From a bacterium (lineage in GTDB: Bacteria; UBP7; UBA6624): a DNA stretch of 64,000 nucleotides. The stretch is from positions 22,411 through 86,410 of the forward strand of contig PBAU01000002.1 in NCBI GenBank assembly GCA_002716355.1. Direction: 5' to 3'. A program made the translations under genes and the position numbers. The notes beneath the pieces were generated by a model. The model saw only the letters and a program-made list of their open reading frames with translations, was not told where the DNA came from and did no database searches. How positions within the stretch are numbered: the first letter of the stretch is position 1; every line of letters starts with the position of its first letter. This document shows positions 16,564-26,251 of this stretch, piece by piece.

Positions 16564-17690
16564 CCTTCTATTTTAGGGTGCTTCAAAGTCATTAAAAAAT
16601 ATTTGTAACTGCTATCCTCGGGGTCTGAAAAAAGACAAGAAGAATGCGGATCTTCAAAACTGAAATTCACCTTATCGCTTTTTACAATTTTCAAAAAATC
16701 CAACATGAAGGAACTGTTCAAACAAACCAAAAAATCACCATCTTCAAAATCTTCTGCTGACAAAGTTTCCTCACCTTGGCCCCTTGCTGTATCATCTGTT
16801 GTTATGAGTATCTCTCCTTTATCAATCTTGATCAACGATGCATTATTGAGTTCCTGGTACTTACCAAACTGCTGCAACCTTTCAAGAGCTTTTGTAAATT
16901 CTTTTTTATTTAAAGTAACCTTTTTAGTATGTTTCCTTTCTAGTATTTTTTCATAGTCTGGGTATGTTGGCGTCAATATTGTCGCAAAAAATTTCACACC
17001 CTCATGAACAAACATGACATGATCACCTCTAACCTTTCCTTCCAAGATTCCAGTCCTTCCTGACAAGCCTTTCAATATACTTTTCAATGAATTTGTATCA
17101 ACTTGAATCTTTCTTTCAATGCCACTGTGATCATCGATGCTTACTATAGCCATACGAAAACCATCAGTGTTCACAATTCTTAAAGAACTACCTCTAAAAT
17201 CCAATAAAGTACCGCCAGAATACCCTTGGGAAGAGCCACCTCTAGCAACAATTAAAACCTTTTCAAGAAGTGCTACAAGGTCTTCTGTTTTGATCTCAAA
17301 AACTTCATCAGAACCTTTATCGTTAAAGGGAAAGCTGGTATGAGTTTGTGGAACTATAGATTTAAGGGTGTACCTGGAGCCTGAATTCTTTAAATGCAGA
17401 GCTCCGTCTTGATCGATATCCATTAGAACATCTCCCTCCATTCTTCTGAAAAGCTCCCTCATTTCTGCAATAGGGTAAAAGGTGTTTTCGGTTTCTTCTG
17501 ATATGTTTTTATCCCTGATGGTTAGTGAACAGCCAGATACATTATTAAATGTTTCCAGGATCAAGCTTTTAGATTCATATCTTAGTCCTACATGGGATAT
17601 CCCCCTTAACCCCAACAAAGCATCTCCTGCACATGCAGAAACCGTTGTCAGGCTGTCATGCAACAATGTAGAGGATATTTTTATAGCCAT
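16560..17690 (-). CDS. dnaN: DNA polymerase III subunit beta (sliding clamp)
   Basis: 376 aa directly downstream of dnaA, with three-domain clamp-like length and pattern. There is a 4-nt overlap with the next gene. Confidence 0.85.
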   Translation of the reverse strand: MAIKISSTLLHDSLTTVSACAGDALLGLRGISHVGLRYESKSLILETFNNVSGCSLTIRDKNISEETENTFYPIAEMRELFRRMEGDVLMDIDQDGALHLKNSGSRYTLKSIVPQTHTSFPFNDKGSDEVFEIKTEDLVALLEKVLIVARGGSSQGYSGGTLLDFRGSSLRIVNTDGFRMAIVSIDDHSGIERKIQVDTNSLKSILKGLSGRTGILEGKVRGDHVMFVHEGVKFFATILTPTYPDYEKILERKHTKKVTLNKKEFTKALERLQQFGKYQELNNASLIKIDKGEILITTDDTARGQGEETLSAEDFEDGDFLVCLNSSFMLDFLKIVKSDKVNFSFEDPHSSCLFSDPEDSSYKYFLMTLKHPKIEG

Positions 17691-17775
17691 AAAAGTTATT
17701 TTAAAGAATAAATAGGATATTTGTTATTTGATTAATTAAATTAATTTTTATAAAAAACTACTTCTACTACTATTG

Positions 17776-19086
17776 TTAAAAAAGAGTTAAATTACCATTA
17801 TTTTCAGGGTTAACATCTTGGTTAGAAAAATCTAAAGATATACCATGATTAATAGCAATTGATTTAACCTGACTTTTGAAAAAAGAATCTTTTTTAAGCT
17901 TTTCTTTACCCTTTTTTAACGAATATGTTATTGCAGATTTTTTAACATTTAAAACACGTGATGATGAGGCCTTGCAACCATTCGGACGATTGCACAAAAG
18001 AACAGAAGCAGCCTGTCTAGCTAAAACAACCTCCCTGGATCTTGATCCAGAAAGTAGTGATGATTTTGAAACATTAAAAACATTGCAAATTTCGTCTAAT
18101 AGCGATGAACCAGGTAACGATGTGTCTGTAGACAATGCAAACGAAACAGAGTAGTCTTCAGGGTTTCCAATTGATTTTGACCAAAGAAACCTGGTTGCAA
18201 TCCCTTTTAGAGCCCTAACGTCAGCAGGTAGTTTTTGAAACAGGTTTGTAGGTATGGTGTCTGAATTTTTTTCTTTGATTATTTTTGAAAGCAATATTTC
18301 ACGTTCTTTTTCTAAAGGCGGTGACATTTTTATTACCAGGCCAGCAGTCAGCCTGCTTATTAATCTTGGACTGAATTCACGAATTGTTCTTGGGTGTCTA
18401 TCGGCAACTATAACAATAGGCCGTGATCTTGTTAAAAAGGAATCGAAAACATTAAAAAACTCTTGAAGTGTTCTTTTTCTCCCAATGAACTTTTGTATAT
18501 CGTCAACAAGCAAAGATGATTGGGAAAAAAAGTAAGATTTAAAACTGTTTAGATCTTTTTTTTCAACTGAATCAACCAACTTTTGTGTGAACTCGTCAGA
18601 CGTGAAAACCCTATCGTCAAGGTTTTTTGCTGCGATATTTAGAAGATGGGTTTTTCCAATACCGGGAGGTCCGTATAAAAATATTGGAAACAATTGATTT
18701 TCTAACTTGTTTGTTGTTGTCGAAGCGATTGCCCTAAATGCATTTTCAACCCCTCTGTAAGGGTGAAAATCGTTAAAAATCTCTTTTTTCGCACGAGGTT
18801 TTTTTTTGGTAATGATAGGAACATTTTTTGGTATTTTCTTTGAAGAGATCGATTCGATTAATTTGAAATCTTTGTAATTCAAATTGATAATAATTTTCTT
18901 CAACAGGCCGAAGTTTTTTTCTGCAACTTTAAAATTGTATCTACCTGAAGCAGCAAGAATAACAGTGTTTTCCTGAAAGGTGATTTTTGAAGTTCTCAAA
19001 AGCGATGTTAACAAAAAGAAATTGGGTTCTAGCTTGATTTTTTGGATTATTTTTTCTTTTAGTTTTTTGCTTTTTGAAATTTCCAT
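17776..19086 (-). CDS. dnaA: Chromosomal replication initiator protein DnaA
   Basis: AAA+ Walker A LYGPPGIGKTHL, Walker B LLVDDIQ, a sensor region IVIVADRHPR, and a C-terminal domain IV (REVVLARQAASVLL). Confidence 0.95.
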   Translation of the reverse strand: MEISKSKKLKEKIIQKIKLEPNFFLLTSLLRTSKITFQENTVILAASGRYNFKVAEKNFGLLKKIIINLNYKDFKLIESISSKKIPKNVPIITKKKPRAKKEIFNDFHPYRGVENAFRAIASTTTNKLENQLFPIFLYGPPGIGKTHLLNIAAKNLDDRVFTSDEFTQKLVDSVEKKDLNSFKSYFFSQSSLLVDDIQKFIGRKRTLQEFFNVFDSFLTRSRPIVIVADRHPRTIREFSPRLISRLTAGLVIKMSPPLEKEREILLSKIIKEKNSDTIPTNLFQKLPADVRALKGIATRFLWSKSIGNPEDYSVSFALSTDTSLPGSSLLDEICNVFNVSKSSLLSGSRSREVVLARQAASVLLCNRPNGCKASSSRVLNVKKSAITYSLKKGKEKLKKDSFFKSQVKSIAINHGISLDFSNQDVNPENNGNLTLF

Positions 19087-19203
19087 GAAGAGTGATTTTA
19101 AACATCAAAAAAATAATATATTTTTTTTAAAAAAGGTAACAAAAGAAAACCTAACCAACGTTATTCAACGATAAAAAAAAGATTTATCGTTTATTATTTT
19201 TTC

Positions 19204-20067
19204 ATGAAAAAAACAACAATGAAAAAACAAAAAATATTAGTCATAGGCTGTGGCCAAATGGGATCCGGGATTGCGCAAACAGCCGCAGAGCATAATCATT
19301 CTGTTTTTTTGGGAGATTTGAATAAAAGATACGTGAAACAGGCAATTGAAAAAATTCACCAAAGATGGAACATGGCTGCAGACAAGGGCAAAAGGCAAAA
19401 AGAAGAAATCAGCTGCTTCAAATCTGATTTGCATGTTTTTGAAGATGGGAATTACCAAGGTTTTGATTTCATAATTGAAGCTGTGTCCGAAGATGAAAAG
19501 GTAAAAAAACAAATATTTAAAAAAATAGGCCAAGAATCTTCAGAACACACCATCTTGGGATCCAACACGTCGTCAATATCCATAAACACCCTTGGAGCAG
19601 CAAGCGGCTTTGCGGAAAGGACGATAGGGATTCACTTCATGAATCCGGTACCGGTTATGGAGCTGGTTGAGGTGATAGAGGGGGACAAAACCAACATTGA
19701 CACAATTCAGAAAACTCTAGACTTCATCAAAAGCATAAAAAAGATTCCAGCAAAAAGCAAAGACAGACCGGGTTTTATAAGCAACAAGATTCTGATGCCA
19801 ATGATTAACGAAGCCATACTCACACTCGAATCAGGAACAGGGTCAAAAGAGGATATAGATACCGTAATGGAGTTAGGGATGAAACACCCCATGGGCCCTT
19901 TAAAACTTGCGGATCTCATAGGCCTTGATACATGCTTGGCTATTATGAATGTTTTGCATTCTGGCTTTAAAGAAGAAAAATATAAACCAGCAAAGTTATT
20001 GGTGGAAAAAGTTGACAATAATGAGCTTGGTAGAAAAACAGGAATCGGTTTCTACAAATACAATTAA
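19204..20067 (+). CDS. hbd: 3-hydroxybutyryl-CoA / 3-hydroxyacyl-CoA dehydrogenase
   Basis: Rossmann motif VIGCGQMGSGIAQ, FMNPVPVMELVEVI, and PGFISNKILMPMINEA. Confidence 0.85.
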   Translation: MKKTTMKKQKILVIGCGQMGSGIAQTAAEHNHSVFLGDLNKRYVKQAIEKIHQRWNMAADKGKRQKEEISCFKSDLHVFEDGNYQGFDFIIEAVSEDEKVKKQIFKKIGQESSEHTILGSNTSSISINTLGAASGFAERTIGIHFMNPVPVMELVEVIEGDKTNIDTIQKTLDFIKSIKKIPAKSKDRPGFISNKILMPMINEAILTLESGTGSKEDIDTVMELGMKHPMGPLKLADLIGLDTCLAIMNVLHSGFKEEKYKPAKLLVEKVDNNELGRKTGIGFYKYN

Positions 20068-20071
20068 ACTT

Positions 20072-21337
20072 ATGAGTCAAACATTGGTACAAAAAATAAT
20101 TGCTGAAAAATCTGAAAAAAATAATGTTAACGTCGGTGAGATCGTCATGGCTAAAGTTGATAGAGCAATGGGTCATGACATCACGGGTCCAGCTGCAGCA
20201 GCACTGCTAAGGGAGGCTGGCATCAACAAGGTTTGGAACAAAGACAAGGTTGTTCTTGTTGCCGATCATTTTGTGCCAGCTAAGGATTTGGCCGCTGCAA
20301 AGCTGGGAAAAGAGTTGAGAATTTTTGCAGAAGAGTATGAAGTGGGTCATTACTTTGGTGAAGGCAAAGGCGGAATTTGTCATGTTGTCATGCCGGAAGA
20401 GGGACTTGTTGCTCCTGGTGAGATTGTTATTGGTGCTGATAGCCACACATGCACAAATGGAGCTGTAGGCTGTCTTGCAACCGGTGTTGGACACACGGAT
20501 CTGGCTGCAGTTTTAGCAACAGGCAAAGTTTGGTTAAGGGTTCCTGAAACCATCAAGGTTGTTTTCAAGGGTTCACCACCACCAGAGGTAACACCTAAAG
20601 ATATGTCTTTGGCTCTTGGAAAGATATTGACTGTTAGCGGTGGCAACTATAAAGTTTTAGAGCTCCATGATAATACCGATACAGGTATAGATATGGAGGG
20701 TAGATTAACCATTTCAAACATGGCAATAGAGTGGGGTGCTAAAGCTGGAATATTTGTACCAGATGCTATTACCGAAACCTTCACACAAGAACGCGTTCAG
20801 CATTCTGACTGGAAAATGTTGCAACCTGATGAAAATGCTTCTTACTGCCAGAAAATCACCATAGACACAACCACATTGGAACCATTGGTTGCTATGCCTT
20901 TCAGCCCTGATAATGTAACAACCGTAAGGGAGGTTGAAAAACAAAAGGTAAAAATAGACCAAGTGTTTATTGGTTCATGCACCAATGCTCGAATCGGAGA
21001 TCTTAGAGAGGTTCATGGTGTTTTTAAGAACAATCCGAATAAACAAAAAAAAGTCCCTCGTGTTGTTGTTATACCCGGTGATCAAAAAACTTACTTAACA
21101 GCAATTAGCGAAGGCATAGCAACAGAATGCATATCAAGAGGCTGTGTTTTTTCCACCCCAACATGTGGACCCTGTCTAGGGGGCCATTCAGGAGTTATGG
21201 CTGCTGAGGAGGTGTGTTTGTCCACAAGTAATAGAAACTTTCATGGAAGAATGGGTCATCCAGATTCATTGGTTTATTTAAGTTCCCCCCTTGTTGCAGC
21301 GCATTCCGCTCTTAAAGGTTATATCTCTGCACCGTAA
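20072..21337 (+). CDS. Aconitase-family dehydratase large subunit (LeuC / homoaconitase type)
   Basis: Contains MSQTLVQKII...DRAMGHDITGP, GADSHTCTNGA, GSCTNARIGD and TCGPCLGGH (Fe-S ligand cysteines present). I trimmed the track ORF (19949) to the ATG at 20072 after the hbd stop. No small-subunit gene is adjacent. Confidence 0.85.
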   Translation: MSQTLVQKIIAEKSEKNNVNVGEIVMAKVDRAMGHDITGPAAAALLREAGINKVWNKDKVVLVADHFVPAKDLAAAKLGKELRIFAEEYEVGHYFGEGKGGICHVVMPEEGLVAPGEIVIGADSHTCTNGAVGCLATGVGHTDLAAVLATGKVWLRVPETIKVVFKGSPPPEVTPKDMSLALGKILTVSGGNYKVLELHDNTDTGIDMEGRLTISNMAIEWGAKAGIFVPDAITETFTQERVQHSDWKMLQPDENASYCQKITIDTTTLEPLVAMPFSPDNVTTVREVEKQKVKIDQVFIGSCTNARIGDLREVHGVFKNNPNKQKKVPRVVVIPGDQKTYLTAISEGIATECISRGCVFSTPTCGPCLGGHSGVMAAEEVCLSTSNRNFHGRMGHPDSLVYLSSPLVAAHSALKGYISAP

Positions 21338-21955
21338 TTGAAAACTATTTTTCACAATTTTCAACAAAAAAGCTGGATAGACAGTTACTACCTGCAGCTA
21401 CAAGCTACTGAGGATGCTAGAAGGAATGTCGAACATGTATTTTTTTTTGAACATAAAAATGTTATCACCTTAGGAACATCTTCAACCAAAAGTGATATAC
21501 CAAATACAGCCAATATTAGGCGTAAAAATATTAGTATTTTTAAAACAAACAGAGGTGGTGAAGCAACCTGGCATGGTGCCGGACAACTTGTTTTTTATCC
21601 AGTTTTAAACATAAAGAAAAGACGGATCAAAGCAACAGAGTTAGTGAAAATAGTGTTACAAGCAACACAAGATGCATTGTTAAAAAAACAAATTGAAACC
21701 TCTATAAACCTCAAGAAACCTGGCTTGTATATTCAAAATAAGAAAATCGTTTCTTTCGGCATGACGATTCAAAAAGGGATAACCATGCATGGCGTGTCAG
21801 TGAATGTGAACAACAATAATAAAGGATTTGCAGAAATCAAACCTTGTGGGATGCCGCCAAACACTGTTTCTTCCATCAAAGCTGAAACAGGTAGCAATGA
21901 AAGTATAGAATCAATTGCTCAAGAGGTTAAGCTTCATTTGAAAAAGATTTTATGA
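21338..21955 (+). CDS. lipB: Octanoyltransferase
   Basis: Contains FFFEHKNVITLGT and NRGGEATWHGAGQLVFYPV. TTG start immediately after the upstream stop. Confidence 0.85.
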   Translation: MKTIFHNFQQKSWIDSYYLQLQATEDARRNVEHVFFFEHKNVITLGTSSTKSDIPNTANIRRKNISIFKTNRGGEATWHGAGQLVFYPVLNIKKRRIKATELVKIVLQATQDALLKKQIETSINLKKPGLYIQNKKIVSFGMTIQKGITMHGVSVNVNNNNKGFAEIKPCGMPPNTVSSIKAETGSNESIESIAQEVKLHLKKIL

Positions 21956-22794
21956 CACAACATCCTAATTGGACAAAGATTCAAATCAAGCCTGGTTCTA
22001 CAAAATCTCTCATTGACCTTTTTGCTGAACCGGAAGAGTTTAAGATAACCACTGTTTGCGAAGAGGCATGTTGTCCCAATTTGCCAGAATGCTGGGGCAA
22101 GGGTACAGCCACATTTATGTTGCTTGGAGATACCTGCACAAGAGGTTGTCGTTACTGTTCGGTCAAAAAAGGAATACCTGAACCACCTGATCCCAATGAA
22201 CCCGGGGATTTAGCTGAAACCATTCAAAAAATGAATGCAAAATACATTGTTTTAACAATGGTTGATAGAGATGATCTGATCGATGCCGGTGTCAGTCACA
22301 TCATGGACACGGTAAACTCTATAAAGAGAATCAACCCCACAACAAAAATAGAATTACTTGTGGGTGATCTGAATGGTGAACCTGAGCTGATTAAAGAGGT
22401 TGCCCAATCAAACATAAATGTTTTTTCTCACAATATTGAAACTGTAGAAAGGTTGTATCCAAAACTAAGACCACAAGGCAGTTACCAACGCGCATTAAAA
22501 GTTTTAAGAGAGGCAAAAAAAACAGGTTGCCAAACAAAAACTAGCCTGATTGCCGGGATGGGGGAAACAACAGACGAGGTACTGTCTTTTTTGAAGGATA
22601 TTAAAACGATTGAAGTGGATATTTTTACATCAGGACAATACTTGAGACCGTCACAAAACCAAGCACCGGTTATAAAACATCGCAGTCCAGAATGGTTTGA
22701 ATTTATTGAACAGCAAGCAGAAATGTTAGGGATTAAATCCAAGTGCGGACCCCTGGTAAGATCCAGCTACATGGCTGAAACTCTATATAAATAA
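21952..22794 (+). CDS. lipA: Lipoyl synthase
   Basis: Auxiliary cluster motif CEEACCPNLPECW and radical-SAM motif CTRGCRYCSV. Confidence 0.95.
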   Translation: MTQHPNWTKIQIKPGSTKSLIDLFAEPEEFKITTVCEEACCPNLPECWGKGTATFMLLGDTCTRGCRYCSVKKGIPEPPDPNEPGDLAETIQKMNAKYIVLTMVDRDDLIDAGVSHIMDTVNSIKRINPTTKIELLVGDLNGEPELIKEVAQSNINVFSHNIETVERLYPKLRPQGSYQRALKVLREAKKTGCQTKTSLIAGMGETTDEVLSFLKDIKTIEVDIFTSGQYLRPSQNQAPVIKHRSPEWFEFIEQQAEMLGIKSKCGPLVRSSYMAETLYK

Positions 22795-22823
22795 TACCCC
22801 CCCAGGGTATAGTTATTTTTTTT
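22794..22823 (+). terminator. Possible rho-independent terminator after lipA
   Basis: A 6-bp stem ATACCC/GGGTAT (22794-22799 and 22805-22810) with a 5-nt loop CCCCA, followed by a T-run at 22816-22823. The stem is short, so this call is weak. Confidence 0.35.
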
Positions 22824-22849
22824 AAAAAAATAACATATAATTACCAGTT

Positions 22850-23989
22850 ATGAATTCGAAAAAAATAAATCAGAAACAAAAAAAATCATTTGGGGTCGAT
22901 CAACAAACAGCATTTGAAGTTCTGTATCATCCATTATTGAAAGCCAGGTTGCTTGACGAAAGAATGGTCAAGCTTTTTAATCAAGGTAGATTTGGTGGTA
23001 CATATTTTAGTGGTTGTGGTCAAGAGGCAACAAATGTTGGTGCAGGTGTTCACATGGTTGAAGGTGACATACTTGCTCCATCACATAGGCAACTAGGGGC
23101 CATGGTTGCTAGAGGTATAACCGCTAAAAGAGTGTTAGCACAAGTTTATTCAACAGCTGAATCGCCAGATGGAGCTCAGCAGCACCCATGTCACTTTGGA
23201 GACCCGGAACTTGATATTGTTAGTCCCACAGGACATGTGGCGATACAGGTTGTTTTAGCTGCAGGTTCAGCCTACGCATATCTTTTAGATGCGTACAGAA
23301 AAGGCGATGTGAAAATCAATTGGGACAAAGATGGAATCGTATGGGCTGGAAACTGGACGCTTAAAAAGGGATCCAAGCTCAATTGCGCTTTTGCATTTTT
23401 TGGAGATGGCGCAACAGCAAAAGGGGATTTTCATGAGTCTGTGAATTTTGCTGGAATACACAAATTACCAGTAATTTACATGGCTGAAAATAATATATGG
23501 GCAGAGTCTGTTCACGTTACCGAGAATGTGCCTGTTGAGAGGTTAAGCGATAGAGCAGCTGCATATGGAATGCCCGGAGTTACTGTTGATGGTCAGAATG
23601 TTTTTGAGGTTTATCACGCAGTGCAGGAGGCAGTTGAACGTGCTCGCTCTGGTGGCGGGCCAACCCTTGTTGAATGCTTGACTTATCGTTACCATGGACA
23701 TTCCATGATTGATCCAGCTGATTATCGAACAGATGAAGAGGTTGAAAAATGGAAAAAGAGAGATCCTTTAATTGTTTTTGAACAGGTAGCTAAAGAGGAT
23801 GGGATTTGGAGCGATAAACTCGCAAAGGAAACAGAAGACAGAATCAATAATGAGATTGAAGAGGCGATTGATTGGGTTGAAGATGAATCAACTAAACCCA
23901 AACCCGATCAATTCATTGATGTAACCTTTAGAGATCCAAAATTTAATGATGCAATTCGCAAGAGATGGGAGAAGAGAAAAAATGTCTAG
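22850..23989 (+). CDS. 2-oxoacid dehydrogenase E1 component, alpha subunit (TPP-dependent; pyruvate, branched-chain or acetoin type unresolved)
   Basis: TPP-binding region FFGDGATAKGDFHESVNFAGIHKLPVIYMAENNIWA and YRYHGHSMIDP. Confidence 0.85.
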   Translation: MNSKKINQKQKKSFGVDQQTAFEVLYHPLLKARLLDERMVKLFNQGRFGGTYFSGCGQEATNVGAGVHMVEGDILAPSHRQLGAMVARGITAKRVLAQVYSTAESPDGAQQHPCHFGDPELDIVSPTGHVAIQVVLAAGSAYAYLLDAYRKGDVKINWDKDGIVWAGNWTLKKGSKLNCAFAFFGDGATAKGDFHESVNFAGIHKLPVIYMAENNIWAESVHVTENVPVERLSDRAAAYGMPGVTVDGQNVFEVYHAVQEAVERARSGGGPTLVECLTYRYHGHSMIDPADYRTDEEVEKWKKRDPLIVFEQVAKEDGIWSDKLAKETEDRINNEIEEAIDWVEDESTKPKPDQFIDVTFRDPKFNDAIRKRWEKRKNV

Positions 23990-25013
23990 TAAAAATATTA
24001 GTTATATCCAGGCAATTACAGACACAATGTGGTCTGAAATGGAAATTGATGAAACGGTTTTTGTCTTAGGTCAAGATTGTGGAAGATATGGAGGCGTGTT
24101 TAAAGCCACAGCCTGGAGGTCGGAAAAAGACGGCAAACCTGATTTAAGTAAAAAAATGTATGATGAATTTGGACCATTGAGAGTTCTTGATGCACCTTTG
24201 GCAGAAAATGCAATCATCGGTGGTGCAATTGGTGCCGCTTTGTCTGGTTATAGGCCAATTGCTGAGATTCAATTTATGGATTTTATTGATTGTGCTATGG
24301 GCCATATCGTGAACCAAGCAGGCACTATCTCTTTTAAGACTAATGGTAGTTGGTGTTGCCCAATTACAATTCGCACCCCTTATGGTGGAGGTATTGGCGG
24401 TGGTATGACCCATAGCCAAAGCAATGAAGCTTGGTTTTGTCATGCTGGTGGTCTAGTTGTAACCGCACCCAGCACACCAAGAGATGCAGCAGGGCTTTTA
24501 AGATCCTGCATTAGGGCAGATGATCCTTGTGTGTATATTGAGCACAAAGGTTTATATCGAGCTATAACTGGTGATGTGCCTGATGATCCCAACTTCACTA
24601 TTGAATTAGGAAAAGGAAAAGTTGTTCGAGAGGGTAGTGATATTACATTGATTTCTTATGGCGCCATGTTGCACAAATGCTTAAGTGTTGCAGAAAAACT
24701 TGAATCTGAAGGCGCCAGTGTTGAGATTATTGATCCTCGAACATTATGGCCAATGGATGAAGATTTAATGATTAACTCTGCTTGTAAAACAGGCAGGTGT
24801 GTGGTTGTTGCTGAGTCACATGCGGCGTATGGTTTCACTAGCGAGGTTGCCGCAAGAGTGCAAGAGGGTGCCTTTTGGAACCTATTAACACCAATTCGTA
24901 CTATTGCAGGACCAGACACACCCTTCCCTTTTGAACCGGGAATGGAGGCTGCTTATCTGCCTTCAGATGATGAAATATACAACTCTTGTAAAAGAGCGTT
25001 GGGGGACGGATAA
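23982..25013 (+). CDS. 2-oxoacid dehydrogenase E1 component, beta subunit
   Basis: MSSKNISYIQAITDTMWSEMEIDETVFVLGQDCGRYGGVFKAT is a typical E1-beta N-terminus. I trimmed the track ORF (23946) to the ATG at 23982, which overlaps the E1-alpha stop by 8 nt. Confidence 0.85.
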   Translation: MSSKNISYIQAITDTMWSEMEIDETVFVLGQDCGRYGGVFKATAWRSEKDGKPDLSKKMYDEFGPLRVLDAPLAENAIIGGAIGAALSGYRPIAEIQFMDFIDCAMGHIVNQAGTISFKTNGSWCCPITIRTPYGGGIGGGMTHSQSNEAWFCHAGGLVVTAPSTPRDAAGLLRSCIRADDPCVYIEHKGLYRAITGDVPDDPNFTIELGKGKVVREGSDITLISYGAMLHKCLSVAEKLESEGASVEIIDPRTLWPMDEDLMINSACKTGRCVVVAESHAAYGFTSEVAARVQEGAFWNLLTPIRTIAGPDTPFPFEPGMEAAYLPSDDEIYNSCKRALGDG

Positions 25014-26251
25014 TGCCAATTAAAGTTCCAGTTCCCGATCTAGGTGTTTCTGTTGTTGAAGCCAAAGTGGCCGAATGGAAGAAAAAAATAGGTGATGATG
25101 TTGTTCGTGATGAAGAGATTGGTATATTGGAAACAGACAAGATAACAACCCCAATTACAGCATTCAAAGAAGGGAAACTTGTAGCACTTTTTGCAAAACC
25201 TGGGGATACCGTTCCCGTGGGACAAACTATAGCAATTATCCAAAAAGTTGGAGAAAATTTATCCCAAGAAGATATTGATAAGTTGAATCCACATGGTTCA
25301 AAACCGACACCGGAACCGACACCGGAACCGACACCGGAACCCATTAAAACAACTGTTGACACCAAACGTCAAGGCTCAAATCCCCAAACCCTTAAAACCA
25401 GTCCAGCTGTTAGAAGGTATGCGAGTGAGAATGACATTAACCTGGTTGATGTTCAAGGCACTGGCTCTAATGGAAGAATCCAAATGGCTGATGTTTTAGC
25501 GTTTAAAAAACCAATCAAATCTACGGGTTTAAATTTAGAACCTGATAATACTGAATCCAGAAGTCCTGTCAGCAGCTCCATGGCTGTTATGGCAAAACAT
25601 ATGGTTCACTCAGTGTCAACCAGCCCGCATTTTTTAATTGTTGATGAACTTGACATGACTGAAACATTGGCTGTATATAAGAATTTAAAACCAAAATTGC
25701 AAGAAAGCGGAATCAGGTTAACACTCATGAGCTTTTTTGTCAGAGCAGCAGCACAAGCGCTTAAGGATTTTCCAAGAATGAATGTTTCTCTTGAAAAAGA
25801 CACTTTGATAACCAAGAATTATAGAAATATAGGAATGGCAGCTAGTGTTGGGGAAAGTTTGATAGTGCCTGTTATCAAGAATGCTGATCTTTTAAATATT
25901 GAAAATCTTGCAGCTGAAATCAACAGATTGTCTATTGCCGCTCAGGAAAACAAATTAACAATGCAAGACATTACAGGTGGAACATTCACAATCACCAATG
26001 CAGGCATGTTTGGAGGCCCGTTATTTTCAGCACCTATTATCAATCAGCCTGAAGCGGCTATATTGGGTATTCACACAGTGAAAGAAAGAGCTGTTGTTGA
26101 GAATGGAAATATTGTTGTAAAACCAATGGTTTATGTATCCCTTTCAAGTGATCACAGAATGGTAGATGGCGTTTTAGCTGTTAGGTTTTTATGCAGGGTT
26201 AAAGAGTTGCTTCAGCATCCAGGCTTAATGGCAACTGGACCTCTTTTATGA
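25013..26251 (+). CDS. Dihydrolipoamide acyltransferase (E2)
   Basis: One lipoyl domain (LETDKITTPI), a PTPEPTPEPTPEP linker, a peripheral subunit-binding domain (SPAVRRYASENDINL), and a catalytic domain with SSDHRMVDG. Confidence 0.9.
   Translation: MPIKVPVPDLGVSVVEAKVAEWKKKIGDDVVRDEEIGILETDKITTPITAFKEGKLVALFAKPGDTVPVGQTIAIIQKVGENLSQEDIDKLNPHGSKPTPEPTPEPTPEPIKTTVDTKRQGSNPQTLKTSPAVRRYASENDINLVDVQGTGSNGRIQMADVLAFKKPIKSTGLNLEPDNTESRSPVSSSMAVMAKHMVHSVSTSPHFLIVDELDMTETLAVYKNLKPKLQESGIRLTLMSFFVRAAAQALKDFPRMNVSLEKDTLITKNYRNIGMAASVGESLIVPVIKNADLLNIENLAAEINRLSIAAQENKLTMQDITGGTFTITNAGMFGGPLFSAPIINQPEAAILGIHTVKERAVVENGNIVVKPMVYVSLSSDHRMVDGVLAVRFLCRVKELLQHPGLMATGPLL
25304..25342 (+). repeat. Three perfect tandem copies of a 12-bp unit (CCGACACCGGAA) inside the E2 gene
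   Basis: Read directly at 25304-25339, followed by CCC. It encodes the (PTPE)n interdomain linker. Confidence 0.9.

Noticed and set aside
17691-19203. oriC call in the spacers flanking dnaA.
   Set aside because: The spacers are short (85 and 117 nt), and I could not find a cluster of DnaA-box-like 9-mers by eye. This is not enough evidence to annotate an origin.
19949-20071. N-terminal extension of the LeuC-like ORF.
   Set aside because: It overlaps the 3' end of hbd. The LeuC-type N-terminus MSQTLVQKI starts at 20072.
24901-25365. 154-aa minus-strand ORF containing GSGVGSGVGSGVG.
   Set aside because: The Gly-Ser-Val repeat is simply the reverse-complement reading of the (PTPE)3 linker repeat inside the E2 gene. 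The ORF is antisense to E1-beta and E2.
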